Assembly: GCA_035260785.1 (NCBI GenBank)
Contig: DATFUO010000098.1
Span: 1 to 38,273, forward strand
Source of the DNA: Burkholderiales bacterium
GTDB taxonomy: Bacteria; Pseudomonadota; Gammaproteobacteria; Burkholderiales; JACQAP01
DNA: 38,273 bases
Reading direction: 5' to 3'
In this document: positions 20,666 through 32,275 of the stretch, piece after piece
How positions within the stretch are numbered: the first letter of the stretch is position 1
Layout: each line of letters starts with the position of its first letter
Notes under the pieces: model-generated
Told to the model about the DNA's origin: nothing
Database searches by the model: none
The model's input: the letters and a program-made list of their open reading frames with translations, nothing else
Made by a program: the position numbers and the translations under genes

Positions 20666-22000
20666 TCAAGCCTTCCGGCGGCCGGCGAAGGGATTCCGGC
20701 CTTGCTTGAACGACACCTTTACGGGCGTGCCACGCAAATCGAATGCGGTCATGAATGCGCGTTCCAGATAGCGTCGGTAACTATCCGGTACCCGATTCAA
20801 GGCATTGCCGTGAATCAGGATCAGCGGTGGATTCATGCCGCCCTGATGGGCATAGCGCAACTTCGGACGGGAGACCCCGTCGCGCGGCGGCGACTGCTTT
20901 TGCACCGCAGCGAGCAATACCCGTGTCAGTTTGGGCGTCGACAGCTTGGACATGGCGGCAGCATAAGCCGCATTCGCCGAACTGAGCAGCGCCGCGACGC
21001 CGGCGCCGTTACGCGCGCTGATGTAATGCACCGGCGCGAAGTCCAGAAAGTTCAGTTTGCGGCCGTAATCGCGCCTGGCCTTTTCACGCGACTCTTCACC
21101 CGCGGCATCCCACTTGTTGATTGCCACTACGAGTGCACGGCCGGACTCGAGAATGAATCCCGCCAGGTGCGCGTCCTGGTCGGAGACATCCTGCGTAACA
21201 TCGAGCACGAGCACCACGACATTGCAATCGTCGATGGCCTGCAGCGTCTTGACGACCGAAAATTTTTCCGCGACGTCCTCCATGCGCCCGCGTCTACGCA
21301 CGCCGGCGGTATCGATCAGGGTGTACGCGCGGCCGTTGCGCTCGAAATCGATGTAAATACTGTCGCGCGTGGTGCCGGGCTGGTCGAACGCAATCACGCG
21401 TTCCTCGCCGAGCAGGGTATTGACCAGGGTCGACTTGCCGACGTTCGGGCGGCCCACGATCGCTATCTTCGGATGTTTGCCAGCCGGTTCCGCCGCGTCG
21501 CCGCCGGCCGGAAATTCCGCGAGAACGACATCCACCAACTCGTGCACCCCGTCGCCGTGCGATGCCGATACGGTCAGGGGTTCGCCCAGCCCGAGTTCGT
21601 GAAATTCAGTGGCGGCAGTCTCGTGGGACAGGCCCTCCGCCTTGTTGACCACCAGCCAGAGCTTTCGCGCGGTCTTGCGCAGTTCAACGGCAATCTGCCG
21701 GTCGAGTGGTGTGAGCCCCTGGCGCGCGTCGACCAGCAGCAGCACGGAATCGCTTTCGTCCACGGCCTGGCGTGTCTGGCGCGCCATTTCCTTGTAGATG
21801 CCGTCTTTCGCCACCGGTTCGAATCCTCCGGTGTCCACGACCAGATAGGATTTCTCGCCCGAATCGCCGTGACCGTAATGGCGATCGCGGGTCAGGCCGG
21901 GAAGGTCCGCCACAAGGGCCTGGCGCGACTTCGTCATGCGATTGAAAAGGGTCGACTTGCCGACATTCGGCCGGCCGACCAGCACGATGGTGGGTTTCAC
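20666..22000 (-). CDS. der: ribosome biogenesis GTPase Der (EngA)
   Basis: Two tandem GTPase domains, each with GRPNVGKST, plus a C-terminal KH-like domain. 444 aa with a GTG start ([21 protein letters not shown]). Confidence 0.95.
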   Translation of the reverse strand: MKPTIVLVGRPNVGKSTLFNRMTKSRQALVADLPGLTRDRHYGHGDSGEKSYLVVDTGGFEPVAKDGIYKEMARQTRQAVDESDSVLLLVDARQGLTPLDRQIAVELRKTARKLWLVVNKAEGLSHETAATEFHELGLGEPLTVSASHGDGVHELVDVVLAEFPAGGDAAEPAGKHPKIAIVGRPNVGKSTLVNTLLGEERVIAFDQPGTTRDSIYIDFERNGRAYTLIDTAGVRRRGRMEDVAEKFSVVKTLQAIDDCNVVVLVLDVTQDVSDQDAHLAGFILESGRALVVAINKWDAAGEESREKARRDYGRKLNFLDFAPVHYISARNGAGVAALLSSANAAYAAAMSKLSTPKLTRVLLAAVQKQSPPRDGVSRPKLRYAHQGGMNPPLILIHGNALNRVPDSYRRYLERAFMTAFDLRGTPVKVSFKQGRNPFAGRRKA

Positions 22001-22049
22001 TGGGAATAAGGGGACACTGGGGTGGCCGTCAGGAACCTGGCGGACGTGG

Positions 22050-23186
22050 TTATTTTTTGACGGTAATTGCGAAGACGCCGCCCTTGCGGGTCTGCACCAG
22101 CACCATGTCGTCGATCAGCTTCGGGGCGGCGGCGATGCCCCCTCCGTCGGTTGCGATGCGGGCGGCGAACGAACCATCCTCGAATTTCAGGTAATGCACC
22201 TGGCCTTCAAAGTCTCCGACCACGACGTAATCCTTCGCTGCCAGCGGCGCGCTCAGGTTGCGGTACGAGAGTTTGTCCTGCTTCCACACGCTGGCGCCGG
22301 TATTCCTGTCCAGCGCCACCACCGAGCCCGTATCTTCCGACAGATACACGCTCAGGTCATCCGCGGCCAGGCTGCCGACGCTGGACGCCGGCCGTGCCCA
22401 CAACTGGCTGCCTTTCTGGGTTTCATAGCATGCGACCCGCCCCTGGAACGTAGCCGCGCATACCCTGCCCGCCTCCACCAGCGGCGGACCGGCGATATCC
22501 GTGATGCGCTCGAGTTCGTTGTCTCCCTTCGACGCCGCCACTACGGTTTCCCACACCAGGCCGCCGTTGGCAATGTTCAAAACGACAAGTTTGCCTGCCG
22601 GCATGCCGGCAATCACAAAGCTTTCCACGATGATCACGCCCGGATTGGCGCGCAACGTGAGCGGCGGAGGCGTCGTCTGATATTCCCAGCGGCGCGAGCC
22701 GTCCCGTGCGTCCAGGCCAAAAATGCGGCTGTCGCCGCTGCGCACGACGACGAATTCGCCGGCGGCCTGGGGCGCGCTGAGCACTTCGCTCGATACCTTC
22801 GATTGCCATAACGGTTTGCCCTCCAGGTCGTAGGCGAGCACCGAGCCCTTCGACGTTCCGACCAGCACCATGTTCGCGCCGACACCGACGCCTCCGGATA
22901 GCGGCGCCTTGGTGTCGACCCGCCAGAGCGTCTTGCCGTTTGTGGCTTTGAGACGCAGCAGGTCGCCCCGATTGCTCGCCACGAATACGCTGTCGCCTGC
23001 TATCGCCGGCGTAAAGATGTAATGGCCGGCGTCGCCGACGTTCACCCTCCACGCCTGGACCAGTTTTGCCGAAGGTTTGAAGTCCACCAGCTTCACGGGT
23101 TGGGGACCCTTGCTGCCGCATCCACCGAGCACAAGGCCCAGCAGCGACATCCCTACCAGACACAGACGCCACTGCGCTCCGGTCAC
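22050..23186 (-). CDS. bamB: outer membrane protein assembly lipoprotein BamB
   Basis: Lipobox LGGC after a signal sequence, then repeated PQQ-like beta-propeller blades (…[23 protein letters not shown]…, …[15 protein letters not shown]…, …[16 protein letters not shown]…). The GTG start overlaps the yfgM stop (GTGA). Confidence 0.88.
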   Translation of the reverse strand: MTGAQWRLCLVGMSLLGLVLGGCGSKGPQPVKLVDFKPSAKLVQAWRVNVGDAGHYIFTPAIAGDSVFVASNRGDLLRLKATNGKTLWRVDTKAPLSGGVGVGANMVLVGTSKGSVLAYDLEGKPLWQSKVSSEVLSAPQAAGEFVVVRSGDSRIFGLDARDGSRRWEYQTTPPPLTLRANPGVIIVESFVIAGMPAGKLVVLNIANGGLVWETVVAASKGDNELERITDIAGPPLVEAGRVCAATFQGRVACYETQKGSQLWARPASSVGSLAADDLSVYLSEDTGSVVALDRNTGASVWKQDKLSYRNLSAPLAAKDYVVVGDFEGQVHYLKFEDGSFAARIATDGGGIAAAPKLIDDMVLVQTRKGGVFAITVKK

Positions 23187-23818
23187 TTGTCGCCCCCAAG
23201 GGCGTCAAGTTTGATCTGCACGACATTGCGGTAACTGCTATTGGGCAGGCTCTTGTCGATCGCCAATTTGTAAGCAGCCCGCGCCTCGGCAACTTTTCCC
23301 TGCGCGACCATGACGTCGCCGCGCAGGTCGGCGTATAAGGTTTCCAATGCGGCACTGTGTTTGGTTTCCAGCAGCTGGAGCGCCTCATCGTATTTTTTTT
23401 CGTCGAGCCGGATGCTCGCCAGCCGCAGCCGCGCCACCTCTGCGGTTTCCGCGTCCTTCGCTTTTTCGATCGCCCATTGCAGCTGCTCGGCAGCCCCGGC
23501 AAGGTCGCCATTTTCGTAATTGGTCTTGGCGAGCAGCAGAGCTGCCGTCGGGCCGTAGGCGGTCGAACCGAATCCGTCCATGACCTGTTTGCCGAGCACG
23601 CGGATTTCCTTGACGTCGTTCTTGCGCACCGCGTCGCCGAACTTCGTGAACAGCGTGGAGGCCTGCTCCGATTGGCTGTGTTTGTAATAACGCCAGCCCT
23701 GAGTGGCCGTGAAAGCCACGAGCGCAGCCACCGCCAGCGTAATGATCAGCGTGCCGTATTGTTTCCAGAACTGCTTCAGTTCGGCTATCTGTTCCTGTTC
23801 TTCGAGATCGAATGCCAT
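23183..23818 (-). CDS. yfgM: YfgM-like membrane-anchored TPR protein (UPF0070)
   Basis: 211 aa. N-terminal EEQEQIAELKQFWKQYG, a TM helix (LIITLAVAALVAFTA), then TPR-like helices. It occupies the conserved slot between hisS and bamB. Confidence 0.75.
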   Translation of the reverse strand: MAFDLEEQEQIAELKQFWKQYGTLIITLAVAALVAFTATQGWRYYKHSQSEQASTLFTKFGDAVRKNDVKEIRVLGKQVMDGFGSTAYGPTAALLLAKTNYENGDLAGAAEQLQWAIEKAKDAETAEVARLRLASIRLDEKKYDEALQLLETKHSAALETLYADLRGDVMVAQGKVAEARAAYKLAIDKSLPNSSYRNVVQIKLDALGGDK

Positions 23819-23843
23819 GTCGGAATAGTCTGTAGTTATTGAA

Positions 23844-25115
23844 TCAAGGTTTGGCTGATTTGAGCATCATTGCAGCAGCTTGTTGCGCATCGACCTGCAC
23901 CTGCTTCCCGGCTTCGCGCATCGGCTTGAGGGAAACCACCTGCCTGCCCGCCTCATCGTCGCCAATGATCACGGCAAACCGGGCGCCACTGGCATCGGCT
24001 CGTTTCATCTGCGATTTGAAACTGCCGCCACCGCAATGAAGGACAACCGAAAGGCCGCGCCCGCGCAACGATTCCGCGACCTTCCAGGCAAAGCGACTTG
24101 CCGATTCACCGCTATGGACCAGGTAGGCGTCCGCAGTTGGGGCCGGCACTGTAACAGCAGAATCACCCAGCAGCGCAAGCAATCGTTCGATCCCCATTGC
24201 GAATCCGCAGGCTGGGGCGGGCTTGCCGCCGATCTGTTCGATCAGTCCGTCGTAACGCCCGCCGGCGCAAACCGTACCCTGTGCACCGAGCCCGGTGGTC
24301 GTCCATTCGTAGACCACATCATTGTAATAGTCCAGACCGCGTACCAGTCGTTCATTGACGGCGTACTCGACCCCGGCATTCTTCAGCAATTCCTGCAACG
24401 CTTCGAAATGCCGGCGCGACTCGTCATCCAGATCGTCGGCAAGTTTCGGTGCTGCCGCAATAATGTCACGCATCGCCGGATTCTTGCTGTCGAGCACGCG
24501 CAGCGGGTTGCTGTACAGCCGTCGGCGCGCGTCCTCGTCGACGCCCGTGGCATGCCTTTCAAGGTAGGCGATAAGGCGCGTTCGATAGCGGCTGCGCGAA
24601 ACCGTGTTGCCCAGCGTGTTGATCTCGAGCTGCAGGTTTTCGAGGCCCAGCCGCCGCCACAGGCTTGCGCCCATGACCAAGTGTTCCGCGTCCACGTCCG
24701 GACCCGGAAAACCGAGCGCTTCGACCCCGACCTGATGAAACTGGCGATAACGGCCTTTCTGCGGCCGCTCGTGGCGGAACATCGGCCCGATATAGAACAC
24801 CCGCTGCGCGCCGTTGTAGAGCAAATTGTGCTCGATCATCGCGCGCACGCAGGACGCTGTGCCTTCGGGCCGCAAGGTCAGGCTTTCGCCGTTCAACTGG
24901 TCGACAAACGTGTACATTTCCTTCTCGACGATGTCGGTGACTTCGCCGATGGAGCGCACGAACAGCTCGGTCTTTTCCAGGATCGGCATGCGGATGTTGC
25001 GGTAGCCGTACTGGGCCAGCCAGCCGCGCACCGTCTCTTCAAAAAACTCCCAAAGCGGAGCCTGTTCCGGCAGGACGTCGTTCATCCCGCGGACCGCCTG
25101 AATCGTTTGTACCAT
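23844..25115 (-). CDS. hisS: histidine--tRNA ligase
   Basis: 423 aa with class-II aaRS motifs ([17 protein letters not shown]; CAGGRYDGL) and a C-terminal anticodon-binding domain. Confidence 0.95.
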   Translation of the reverse strand: MVQTIQAVRGMNDVLPEQAPLWEFFEETVRGWLAQYGYRNIRMPILEKTELFVRSIGEVTDIVEKEMYTFVDQLNGESLTLRPEGTASCVRAMIEHNLLYNGAQRVFYIGPMFRHERPQKGRYRQFHQVGVEALGFPGPDVDAEHLVMGASLWRRLGLENLQLEINTLGNTVSRSRYRTRLIAYLERHATGVDEDARRRLYSNPLRVLDSKNPAMRDIIAAAPKLADDLDDESRRHFEALQELLKNAGVEYAVNERLVRGLDYYNDVVYEWTTTGLGAQGTVCAGGRYDGLIEQIGGKPAPACGFAMGIERLLALLGDSAVTVPAPTADAYLVHSGESASRFAWKVAESLRGRGLSVVLHCGGGSFKSQMKRADASGARFAVIIGDDEAGRQVVSLKPMREAGKQVQVDAQQAAAMMLKSAKP

Positions 25116-25147
25116 GAAGCTTGTTTGTCTCGAGATTGCGTGGAGGC

Positions 25148-26431
25148 TCAGCCGAGCGCCCGCGCGGCCTGGTCTTTGTTCGTCCCCGCCCGCCCGCCTT
25201 GCCCATCGGACCGGCCGTAGTGGCTGGAGACGTACTCATCGACCAGGCGATGAAATTCCTCGGCGATATGCCCGCCTTTCAACGTGACGGTCTTCACGCC
25301 GTCGACGAATACCGGCGCCACCGGCGTTTCGCCCGAACCCGGCAGACTGATGCCGATGTTGGCGTGCTTGCTTTCCCCCGGTCCATTGACCACGCAGCCC
25401 ATCACGGCGACGCGCATTTCCTCGACGCCGGGATATTGCGTGCGCCAGAGTGGCATTTGCCGGCGCAGGTGCGCCTGGATCTTGTCGGCAAGCTCTTGAA
25501 AAACCGTGCTGGTCGTCCGTCCGCACCCGGGACAGGCGATTACCATCGGCGTGAACGAGCGCAAGCCCATGGTCTGCAGGATTTCCTGCGCGACGACGAC
25601 TTCCCGCGACCGGTCTCCGCCGGGGTCGGGGGTGAGCGAAATCCGTATGGTGTCGCCGATGCCCTGCTGCAGCAACACCGCCAGCGCCGCGGTGGACGCG
25701 ACAATACCTTTGGATCCCATGCCCGCCTCGGTCAGCCCGAGGTGCAGCGGATAGTCGCAGCGCGCAGCGAGTTCGCGATATACCATGATCAGGTCCTGCA
25801 CACCGCTCACCTTGCACGACAGAATGATGCGATCGCCCTGCAATCCGATCTCCTCGGCTTTCTGCGCGTTCTGCAGCGCGGACACGATCAACGCTTCGCG
25901 CATGACATCGGCTGCGTCGCCCGGCTCGGGCCGGCGCGCGTTGTCATCCATCATGCGGCCGAGCAGGTCAGGATCCAGGCTGCCCCAGTTGACGCCGATG
26001 CGCACCGGTTTGCCGTATCGGCACGCTGTTTCGATCATGGTCGCGAACTGATCGTCGCGCTTCGACCCGCGACCGACATTGCCGGGATTGATCCGGTATT
26101 TATCCAGCCCTTGCGCGCACTCCGGATACTGGGTCAGGAGCTTGTGCCCGTTGAAATGGAAATCACCGATCAACGGCACGCGGCAGCCATCGCGTTCGAG
26201 CAGGTTGCGGATTTCCGGCACGGCCGCCGCTGCATCGGCCGTATTGACCGTGATGCGCACGAATTCAGATCCGGCTTCGGCAAGCTCCCTGACCTGACGT
26301 GCTGTGGCCTGCACATCCGCGGTATCGGTATTGGTCATCGACTGCACGACAACCGGAGCACCGCCGCCGACCGGGACACCGGCGATACGGACCTGGCGGG
26401 TGAGGTGACGCAGAATGGAATTCCCGGACAT
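25148..26431 (-). CDS. ispG: 4-hydroxy-3-methylbut-2-en-1-yl diphosphate synthase (flavodoxin)
   Basis: 427 aa with canonical GcpE sequence (…[38 protein letters not shown]…, …IACPGCGRT…, …[12 protein letters not shown]…). Confidence 0.95.
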   Translation of the reverse strand: MSGNSILRHLTRQVRIAGVPVGGGAPVVVQSMTNTDTADVQATARQVRELAEAGSEFVRITVNTADAAAAVPEIRNLLERDGCRVPLIGDFHFNGHKLLTQYPECAQGLDKYRINPGNVGRGSKRDDQFATMIETACRYGKPVRIGVNWGSLDPDLLGRMMDDNARRPEPGDAADVMREALIVSALQNAQKAEEIGLQGDRIILSCKVSGVQDLIMVYRELAARCDYPLHLGLTEAGMGSKGIVASTAALAVLLQQGIGDTIRISLTPDPGGDRSREVVVAQEILQTMGLRSFTPMVIACPGCGRTTSTVFQELADKIQAHLRRQMPLWRTQYPGVEEMRVAVMGCVVNGPGESKHANIGISLPGSGETPVAPVFVDGVKTVTLKGGHIAEEFHRLVDEYVSSHYGRSDGQGGRAGTNKDQAARALG

Positions 26432-26446
26432 TGGAAACTGGCCGCC

Positions 26447-27385
26447 CTATTCCAGCGTCAGCCGTGCAACATCCACTCGCGTGTGCGGTGCAAGATCGAT
26501 GCTCTTGTCACCCTGAAACAGGCGCACGCCGGCGGCATGTCCGACCACGATCGACAGGGGTGGCTCTCCGCTCACCTTGCGGCGGCTGCCCGCGGGATTG
26601 AGTTGCCCGAAGATCGTGTTGCCGGAACGGTCCTTGATCTCGACCCAGGAGTCCTGCTCGAAGATCATTCGCACCGTCACCAGTCCGGAAGATTCTGGGG
26701 CAAGCGTTCCGTCCGTTTCAACCGATTCGCCCCGTTCGGCGGTTTGCGTCTTTTTTTCGGCTTTCGTATCCGTTGTAGCGTCGGGTTTTGTTGCGGGTTT
26801 TGCCGCGACTTCCGGTTCCGGCTTCGGCTCGACTTTGGACTTCGCGTCACCGCCCGTCCTGGCCTCGACAGAATTTTTCGATGGTGGCACCGCTTTGTCC
26901 CGCGCTGCGATCGCCGGAACACTGCGCCCTGCGTCCGGCGCGCGACCGGCCCCGAAATAGACCGAAATTACGACGCCAATTACGAGCACCGTCACTGCCG
27001 CCGGCCAAAGCCGGAATCTCTTCTGTTCCCTGTGCACCGGCAGCGCGCGTTCCGGCTCGCGCGGCACCTCGGCCACAATCTGCGGCGGATTGAGCAATGA
27101 ATCCGTGGCACGGATCAGGGGCGCCGGATCGAGCCCGAGCAGCTTCGCGTAGTTGCGGATAAAGCCGTGGATAAAAACCGGACCCTTGTAGCCGGAATAA
27201 TCGTCGCGCTCCAGCGCTTCGACCTGGCGCACGGACAGCTTCAGCTGCCGCGAAATATCACCAAGGCTCAGACCTTGCCGGCGGCGCTCACTGAGCAGCA
27301 CCGCGCCGGCAGCGCTCTGTCCTTCAGATGGGGAAGGAGTGGAACCGCCAGTTGCGGGCTCACCGGTCATCGCAGGTTCACTCAC
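26447..27385 (-). CDS. rodZ: RodZ-like cytoskeleton protein (HTH_XRE + TM + low-complexity linker + DUF4115)
   Basis: XRE-type HTH (LLSERRRQGLSLGDISRQLKLSVRQVEALE), one TM helix (LWPAAVTVLVIGVVISVYF), a K/P/E/T-rich linker and a DUF4115-like C-terminus (SWVEIKDRSGNTIF...). Conserved slot upstream of ispG. The start is GTG 27385 (GTGA overlap with pilW) or ATG 27370. Confidence 0.75.
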   Translation of the reverse strand: MSEPAMTGEPATGGSTPSPSEGQSAAGAVLLSERRRQGLSLGDISRQLKLSVRQVEALERDDYSGYKGPVFIHGFIRNYAKLLGLDPAPLIRATDSLLNPPQIVAEVPREPERALPVHREQKRFRLWPAAVTVLVIGVVISVYFGAGRAPDAGRSVPAIAARDKAVPPSKNSVEARTGGDAKSKVEPKPEPEVAAKPATKPDATTDTKAEKKTQTAERGESVETDGTLAPESSGLVTVRMIFEQDSWVEIKDRSGNTIFGQLNPAGSRRKVSGEPPLSIVVGHAAGVRLFQGDKSIDLAPHTRVDVARLTLE

Positions 27386-28143
27386 GGAAAGCGCCCCTCA
27401 TTGAATGCCTTCGTCTGTGCAGCGCCAGGATACCGGTTGTTCAGTTGGGCACCATAACTGGCGAGTGCGGTGCGATTGCCGAGACGCTGTTCGATGCGCG
27501 CGCCGAGCCACAACGCTTCGGCAGAGGGTGTTGACACCTGCATGTGGCGGTTCAATAGTGTCCGGGCGGTCGTCAGCTCATTGCGCCTGAACACGATATC
27601 GGCGAGTTGATACAGGGCTTGCGACTGATCCGGCTGCAACGCCAGGGCCTTGCGCAGCCAGTCTTCGGCCTTCACGTCGTCGCCCTGCATGCGCGAGCAG
27701 ATGCCCGCATTGGTGTAGGCATTCTCCGGCGTACTATAAAGCGGATTCTTCAGCGCCGTCGCGAAGTATTTCATGGCCTCTTTCTCGCGCTTGCGCTGGC
27801 ACAGAAACATTCCATAGTTGTTGTTTGCCGACGAATCGTTCGGATCGATCTTCAGCGCGCGCTCAAAGGATTGTTGTGCCAGTGCATCTTCCTTGAGGGT
27901 CATGTAAACCAGTCCGAGTTGACTATGCGCGGGGCCGTAGCCTGGATCGGCGCTGACGGCCTCCTTCAGCTCCTGAACGGCAACGGACATCTGCCCCGCG
28001 CCGTAGTACGCCGCACCGAGCTCGGTATGGATGCGGGCACGATTCTCGGCGGCGTTCCTCGGTTCGCCGGTTTCTGATTTGTTCACCGTGGTCGTGCAGC
28101 CGGCCAGCATTGCCACGCACACCAGGACCGAAATCCGGTTCAT
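27382..28143 (-). CDS. pilW: TPR lipoprotein, type IV pilus biogenesis/stability protein PilW (PilF-like)
   Basis: I trimmed the start to [16 protein letters not shown] (lipobox LAGC) at ATG 28143, which overlaps the rlmN stop (ATGA). This gives about 253 aa of tandem TPR repeats. It sits between rlmN and rodZ, as pilF/pilW does in Pseudomonas and Neisseria. Confidence 0.7.
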   Translation of the reverse strand: MNRISVLVCVAMLAGCTTTVNKSETGEPRNAAENRARIHTELGAAYYGAGQMSVAVQELKEAVSADPGYGPAHSQLGLVYMTLKEDALAQQSFERALKIDPNDSSANNNYGMFLCQRKREKEAMKYFATALKNPLYSTPENAYTNAGICSRMQGDDVKAEDWLRKALALQPDQSQALYQLADIVFRRNELTTARTLLNRHMQVSTPSAEALWLGARIEQRLGNRTALASYGAQLNNRYPGAAQTKAFNEGRFP

Positions 28144-29225
28144 TCCGTGGCCACCATCGTCCGCCGCGTCTTGCGCCGCGTGCGATCCTGCACCTGGCCC
28201 GCTAGCTGGCCGCACGCGCCGTCTATGTCGTCGCCACGCGTCTTGCGTGTCGTCGTGACCAGGCCGGCCCGCATCAGGACGTCACGAAACGCGCCGATGC
28301 GCCCGGGAGAAGAGCGCTCGAATCCGGAATCCGGGAACGGGTTGAACGGAATGAGATTGAATTTGCACGACACGCCCTCCACCAGCGTCACCAGCCGTTT
28401 GGCCTGCTCGACGCTGTCGTTGATGCCCTGGAGCATCACATATTCGAAGGTAACGAAATCGCGTGGCGCAACCTTGATGTAGCGCTTGCAGGCCGCCATC
28501 AGTTCCTTCAACGGATATTTCTTGTTGATCGGCACCAGGCGATCGCGCAGTTCGTCGTCCGGCGCATGCAGGGATACGGCGAGCGCCACCGGCAATTGCG
28601 CGGCAAGCCGGTCGATGGCCGGAACCAGGCCGGAGGTCGAGAGCGTCACGCGCCGGCGCGACAGACCGTAGCCATAGTCATCCAGCATGATCTTCATGGC
28701 CGAAACGACGTTGTCGAAATTGGCCAGCGGCTCGCCCATGCCCATCATGACTACGTTGCTGATCACCCGTTCTCCCCTCGGCGTCGCGCCGAGGGCACGA
28801 TTGGCCCACCAGAGCTGGCCGATGATTTCGGCCACGGTCAGATTGCGATTGAATCCCTGCCTGCCGGTCGAACAAAACGCACACTCAAGTGCGCAGCCTA
28901 CTTGCGAAGACACACACAGCGTTCCGCGTGCAGTCTCGGGAATGAACACGGTCTCGATGCCGTTCGCTGCGCCCACCGAAAGCAGCCATTTGCGCGTTCC
29001 GTCGCATGCCGTCGAATCAGCGATGACGGCCGGCGCCTGCACCGTTGCACCGGCAACCAGCTTGGCGCGCAGGTCCTTCGACAGATCGCTCATGCTCTCG
29101 AACTCGGACTGACCGAACTGGTGTATCCAGCGCATCACCTGCCGCGCGCGAAACGGCTTCTCGCCGATTTCGGTAAAGAAACCGGCGAGTCGTTCCGCAT
29201 CGAAATCAAGCAGATTGACGGGCAT
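28140..29225 (-). CDS. rlmN: dual-specificity RNA methyltransferase RlmN (radical SAM, 23S rRNA/tRNA m2A)
   Basis: 361 aa. N-terminus matches RlmN (…[14 protein letters not shown]…). Radical-SAM cluster CALECAFC (CxxxCxxC) and a conserved C-terminal catalytic Cys region (DIDGACGQL). Confidence 0.93.
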   Translation of the reverse strand: MPVNLLDFDAERLAGFFTEIGEKPFRARQVMRWIHQFGQSEFESMSDLSKDLRAKLVAGATVQAPAVIADSTACDGTRKWLLSVGAANGIETVFIPETARGTLCVSSQVGCALECAFCSTGRQGFNRNLTVAEIIGQLWWANRALGATPRGERVISNVVMMGMGEPLANFDNVVSAMKIMLDDYGYGLSRRRVTLSTSGLVPAIDRLAAQLPVALAVSLHAPDDELRDRLVPINKKYPLKELMAACKRYIKVAPRDFVTFEYVMLQGINDSVEQAKRLVTLVEGVSCKFNLIPFNPFPDSGFERSSPGRIGAFRDVLMRAGLVTTTRKTRGDDIDGACGQLAGQVQDRTRRKTRRTMVATE

Positions 29226-29650
29226 CAGCGCGAGTAAATATTCAGGGTCGGAAAGAAATAGGCGATTTCCACCGCCGCGGTTTCAGGAGCGTCGGAGCCG
29301 TGCACTGCATTGGCGTCGATACTGTCCGCAAAATCCGCCCGGATCGATCCCTTGGCCGCTTTCTTCGGATCCGTGGCCCCCATCAGATCGCGGTTCTTCT
29401 GGATCGCGTTGGCGCCCTCGAGCACCTGCACCATGACCGGGCCGGAGATCATGAAGCTCACCAGATCGTTGAAAAATGGACGCTGCCGATGCACTGCGTA
29501 GAATCCTTCGGCGTCGTTGCGCGACAAATGCACCATTTTCGCCGCGATGATCTTCAATCCACCACCTTCGAACCGCGAATAAATCTGTCCGATCACATTT
29601 TTTTCGACGGCATCGGGTTTGATGATCGACAGGGTGCGTTCAACAGCCAT
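29225..29650 (-). CDS. ndk: nucleoside-diphosphate kinase
   Basis: 141 aa: [28 protein letters not shown]... with the NAVHGSD active-site His. GGAGA Shine-Dalgarno lies 6 nt upstream. Confidence 0.97.
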   Translation of the reverse strand: MAVERTLSIIKPDAVEKNVIGQIYSRFEGGGLKIIAAKMVHLSRNDAEGFYAVHRQRPFFNDLVSFMISGPVMVQVLEGANAIQKNRDLMGATDPKKAAKGSIRADFADSIDANAVHGSDAPETAAVEIAYFFPTLNIYSR

Positions 29651-29709
29651 CTAGATCTCCAAGAGGTTTGTTTTTCGAAGCTAATTCATAAGGATAGCAT
29701 GGCGCTACC

Positions 29710-30426
29710 GTGAAAGGAATGGCTTTGCCCCGAGACCGCGTCAAACGCACGACTTGCACTGCGCGGGATCGCCTCGCAAGGCAGACCCGAATGGCGGGAA
29801 AATTCGGTGATAGCATCAACCGCACGGACCCGGATATCAACGCCATGCCGCCCAATTCCAGCAAGTCACCAGCACCTGCCCCGGCGCCCGCCGCAGAAGA
29901 GACAAAAGCGCGCACGGGACGACGACTGATCCTCGCAGCCGCCCTGATCGGACTTGCGATCGGCGGACTGGCGCTGGTCGATCGGTTTCGCGAGCGCCCC
30001 ACGGGACTGGCGCCCCCTCACGAACCGTCGCTGGCGCTGATCACGACACCGGTACAGGAATCCGAAGTCCCTGCCGCCAGGCTTGGCCAAGTTGCCATCC
30101 CTCCGCCACCACCGCAAGTCGTCAACAACGAGACACTGGCGACACCGCCGCGTACGGCCAGTGCGCCGCCATCGCCCGCGACACAAAGTGCGCCCGCGCA
30201 GAACAACGCACCGGTCCCGGGTAAAGCCTACCTGGTCCAGGTCGGCGTATTCGCCTCGCCGGCCAACGCGCAAGCCTTGCAGCGGCAACTGCGGCGGGCC
30301 GGTATCGATGCCCATCTCGAAACCCGCGTACAACTCGGCCCTTTCAAGGATAAACGCGACGCAGACAAAGCGCTCGCCCGCGCGAGGAAACTGGGCGTCA
30401 ACGCCGTGCTGGTCGGCGGCCGATGA
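29710..30426 (+). CDS. SPOR-domain bitopic membrane protein (FtsN/DedD-like peptidoglycan-binding protein)
   Basis: TM helix (LILAAALIGLAIGGLALV), a Pro/Ala-rich linker and a C-terminal SPOR domain (YLVQVGVFASPANAQALQRQLRRAGIDAHLETRVQLGPFKDKRDADKALARARKLG). It is the only plus-strand CDS. The start is uncertain: GTG 29710, or ATG 29719, 29791 or 29845. Confidence 0.75.
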   Translation: MKGMALPRDRVKRTTCTARDRLARQTRMAGKFGDSINRTDPDINAMPPNSSKSPAPAPAPAAEETKARTGRRLILAAALIGLAIGGLALVDRFRERPTGLAPPHEPSLALITTPVQESEVPAARLGQVAIPPPPPQVVNNETLATPPRTASAPPSPATQSAPAQNNAPVPGKAYLVQVGVFASPANAQALQRQLRRAGIDAHLETRVQLGPFKDKRDADKALARARKLGVNAVLVGGR

Positions 30427-30440
30427 ATGCGGGGGAAAAT

Positions 30441-31727
30441 TCAGTACAAGAGATTTGGCAGCCAAAGGGAGACGGCTGGCACGTAGGTAATCAGTATCAG
30501 ATAGGCCAACAGCACAAAAACCCATGGCAGACAGGCGATCGACACTTCGGTCAGGCCCATTTTGGCGATATGGCTGGCGACAAATAGATTCAGCCCCACC
30601 GGGGGATGAATCATGCCGATCTCCATGTTCACGGTCATGATCACGCCGAGATGAATCGGGTCTATGCCCAGGTTCCTTGCAATCGGCACCAGCAACGGCG
30701 CCAGGATCAGAATGATCGAACTGGGCTCCATGAACTGCCCCGCCACCAGCAGGGCGACATTCACGGCCACAAGAAACATCCACGGCGACAGTTGCTGATT
30801 GACGACCCATTGCGACAGCCCCTGCGGAATCTGCTCGGAAGTCAGCAGGAATGAGAACAGGATGGCATTGGTGATGATGTAGAGCAGCATCGCGCTTGTA
30901 TTCGCCGCTGACAGCAGGACCCTGGGCACCTCCCGGAGTTTGAGTCCGCGATAGATGTAAACCGCCGCAACGAACGCGTAGACCGCACTGACCGCGGCCG
31001 CTTCGGTCGGCGTGAACAGGCCGCCGTAGATGCCGCCCATCACGATCACCACCAGCATCAGTCCCCAGAACGCATCCTTGAAGGACTCCCAGATTTCGCG
31101 TCCCGACGCACGCGGCAGCGTCGGAAACTTCTTGTTGCGCGCGGTCACGTACGTGACGAGCATCAGCAACGCAGCCAGAAGGACGCCGGGCACGATCCCG
31201 GCAATGAACAGCTTGCCGGCCGACTCAGACGTGCTGACTGCATAGATGATCATCACGATCGACGGCGGGATGAGAATCCCCAGCGAACCGGACGTGGTAA
31301 TCACGCCGACCGAAAAGCGCTTCGGGTAGCCGTGCCTGATCATCGCCGGCAGCATGATCGAACCGATCGCCACCACGGTGGCCGGGCTGGAGCCCGAGAT
31401 CGTGGCAAAGAATGTGCAGGCCAGGATCGCCGCCATGGCGAGCCCCCCGTGCATCCAGCCGACCAGCGCAAGCGCGAACCGGATGATGCGCCGCGCGATG
31501 CCGCCGTCGGTAAGAAAGCTGCCCGAGAGCACGAAGAACGGCACCGCCATGATGGCAAAGCTTTCCAGTCCGGTGAACAGGCGCTGCGAGACGATGTCGA
31601 CCGTGTCGATCGAAAATGAAGAAAACAGTGCAAGGAACGTCAATACGGTCATGCCGAGCGCGATCGAGATCGGCGTGCCCGTCAGCAGCATCGCGAGCAG
31701 GATAGCAAGGATCAGGGTGACGTTCAC
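30441..31727 (-). CDS. dctM: TRAP transporter large permease subunit (DctM family)
   Basis: 428 aa polytopic membrane protein with typical DctM sequence (…AMAAILACTFFATISGSSPATVVAIGSIMLPAM…). The GTG start overlaps the dctQ stop (GTGA). Confidence 0.9.
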   Translation of the reverse strand: MNVTLILAILLAMLLTGTPISIALGMTVLTFLALFSSFSIDTVDIVSQRLFTGLESFAIMAVPFFVLSGSFLTDGGIARRIIRFALALVGWMHGGLAMAAILACTFFATISGSSPATVVAIGSIMLPAMIRHGYPKRFSVGVITTSGSLGILIPPSIVMIIYAVSTSESAGKLFIAGIVPGVLLAALLMLVTYVTARNKKFPTLPRASGREIWESFKDAFWGLMLVVIVMGGIYGGLFTPTEAAAVSAVYAFVAAVYIYRGLKLREVPRVLLSAANTSAMLLYIITNAILFSFLLTSEQIPQGLSQWVVNQQLSPWMFLVAVNVALLVAGQFMEPSSIILILAPLLVPIARNLGIDPIHLGVIMTVNMEIGMIHPPVGLNLFVASHIAKMGLTEVSIACLPWVFVLLAYLILITYVPAVSLWLPNLLY

Positions 31728-32272
31728 GCACGGCCCTCGTCAGCGGCGCCGAGCACATGTGAGGGCAACTCGCCGGACCGAAGAAAACGTGCCATTACCT
31801 GCAGGAAGCGGTAGCACATCAGGGACGAACCGAGCGGGATGCACAGGTAGACCACCCACATCGGCCACTCGAGATCGGGCGAAGTCTGCCCCGTACCGTG
31901 CACGAACACGACCCAGCGCACGCCCATGATGGCGATCGCCCCGGTAAAGAAAGCGCCGAGCGACAACGCCAGGATCACCAACACGCGTCGCAAGGCCGGC
32001 CGCACCGCGTTCACGAGCACATCGACACCGATGTGGATGCCGGTGCGTACGCCGTATGCCGCGCCGAACTTCGCCATCCAGATGAAAAGATAGATGCAAA
32101 GTTCCTGCGCCCAGGAGAAATTCAGCAAGGCGGCGTATTTCCACAGCCACGGGACCGCCGCGGATTGACGGTGCAGCACGGCCGCGAAGATGATGAGCGT
32201 GGCCGCCGCCATGAAGGCGGCGATCAGCCATTCCTCGATGTGATCGAGGATGCGGTTGAATGCCCGGAACAC
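31724..32272 (-). CDS. dctQ: TRAP transporter small permease subunit (DctQ family)
   Basis: 182 aa with four predicted TM helices. It sits between the dctP-like and dctM-like genes and uses a GTG start. Confidence 0.8.
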   Translation of the reverse strand: MFRAFNRILDHIEEWLIAAFMAAATLIIFAAVLHRQSAAVPWLWKYAALLNFSWAQELCIYLFIWMAKFGAAYGVRTGIHIGVDVLVNAVRPALRRVLVILALSLGAFFTGAIAIMGVRWVVFVHGTGQTSPDLEWPMWVVYLCIPLGSSLMCYRFLQVMARFLRSGELPSHVLGAADEGRA

Positions 32273-32275
32273 AGG

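Noticed and set aside
26680-26960. Low-complexity K/P/E/T-rich coding stretch in rodZ, and the P/A-rich stretch in the SPOR gene (about 29860-30230), considered as possible DNA-level repeats.
   Set aside because: There is no exact nucleotide periodicity. They encode the flexible periplasmic linkers typical of RodZ and SPOR-domain proteins.
29866-30810. 314-aa minus-strand ORF spanning the SPOR gene 3' half and the dctM 3' end. Also the 120-aa ORF at 29640-30002.
   Set aside because: It crosses a convergent gene junction, is antisense to a clear SPOR domain and in an alternate frame of dctM (same strand), and has an Arg/Gly-rich composition.
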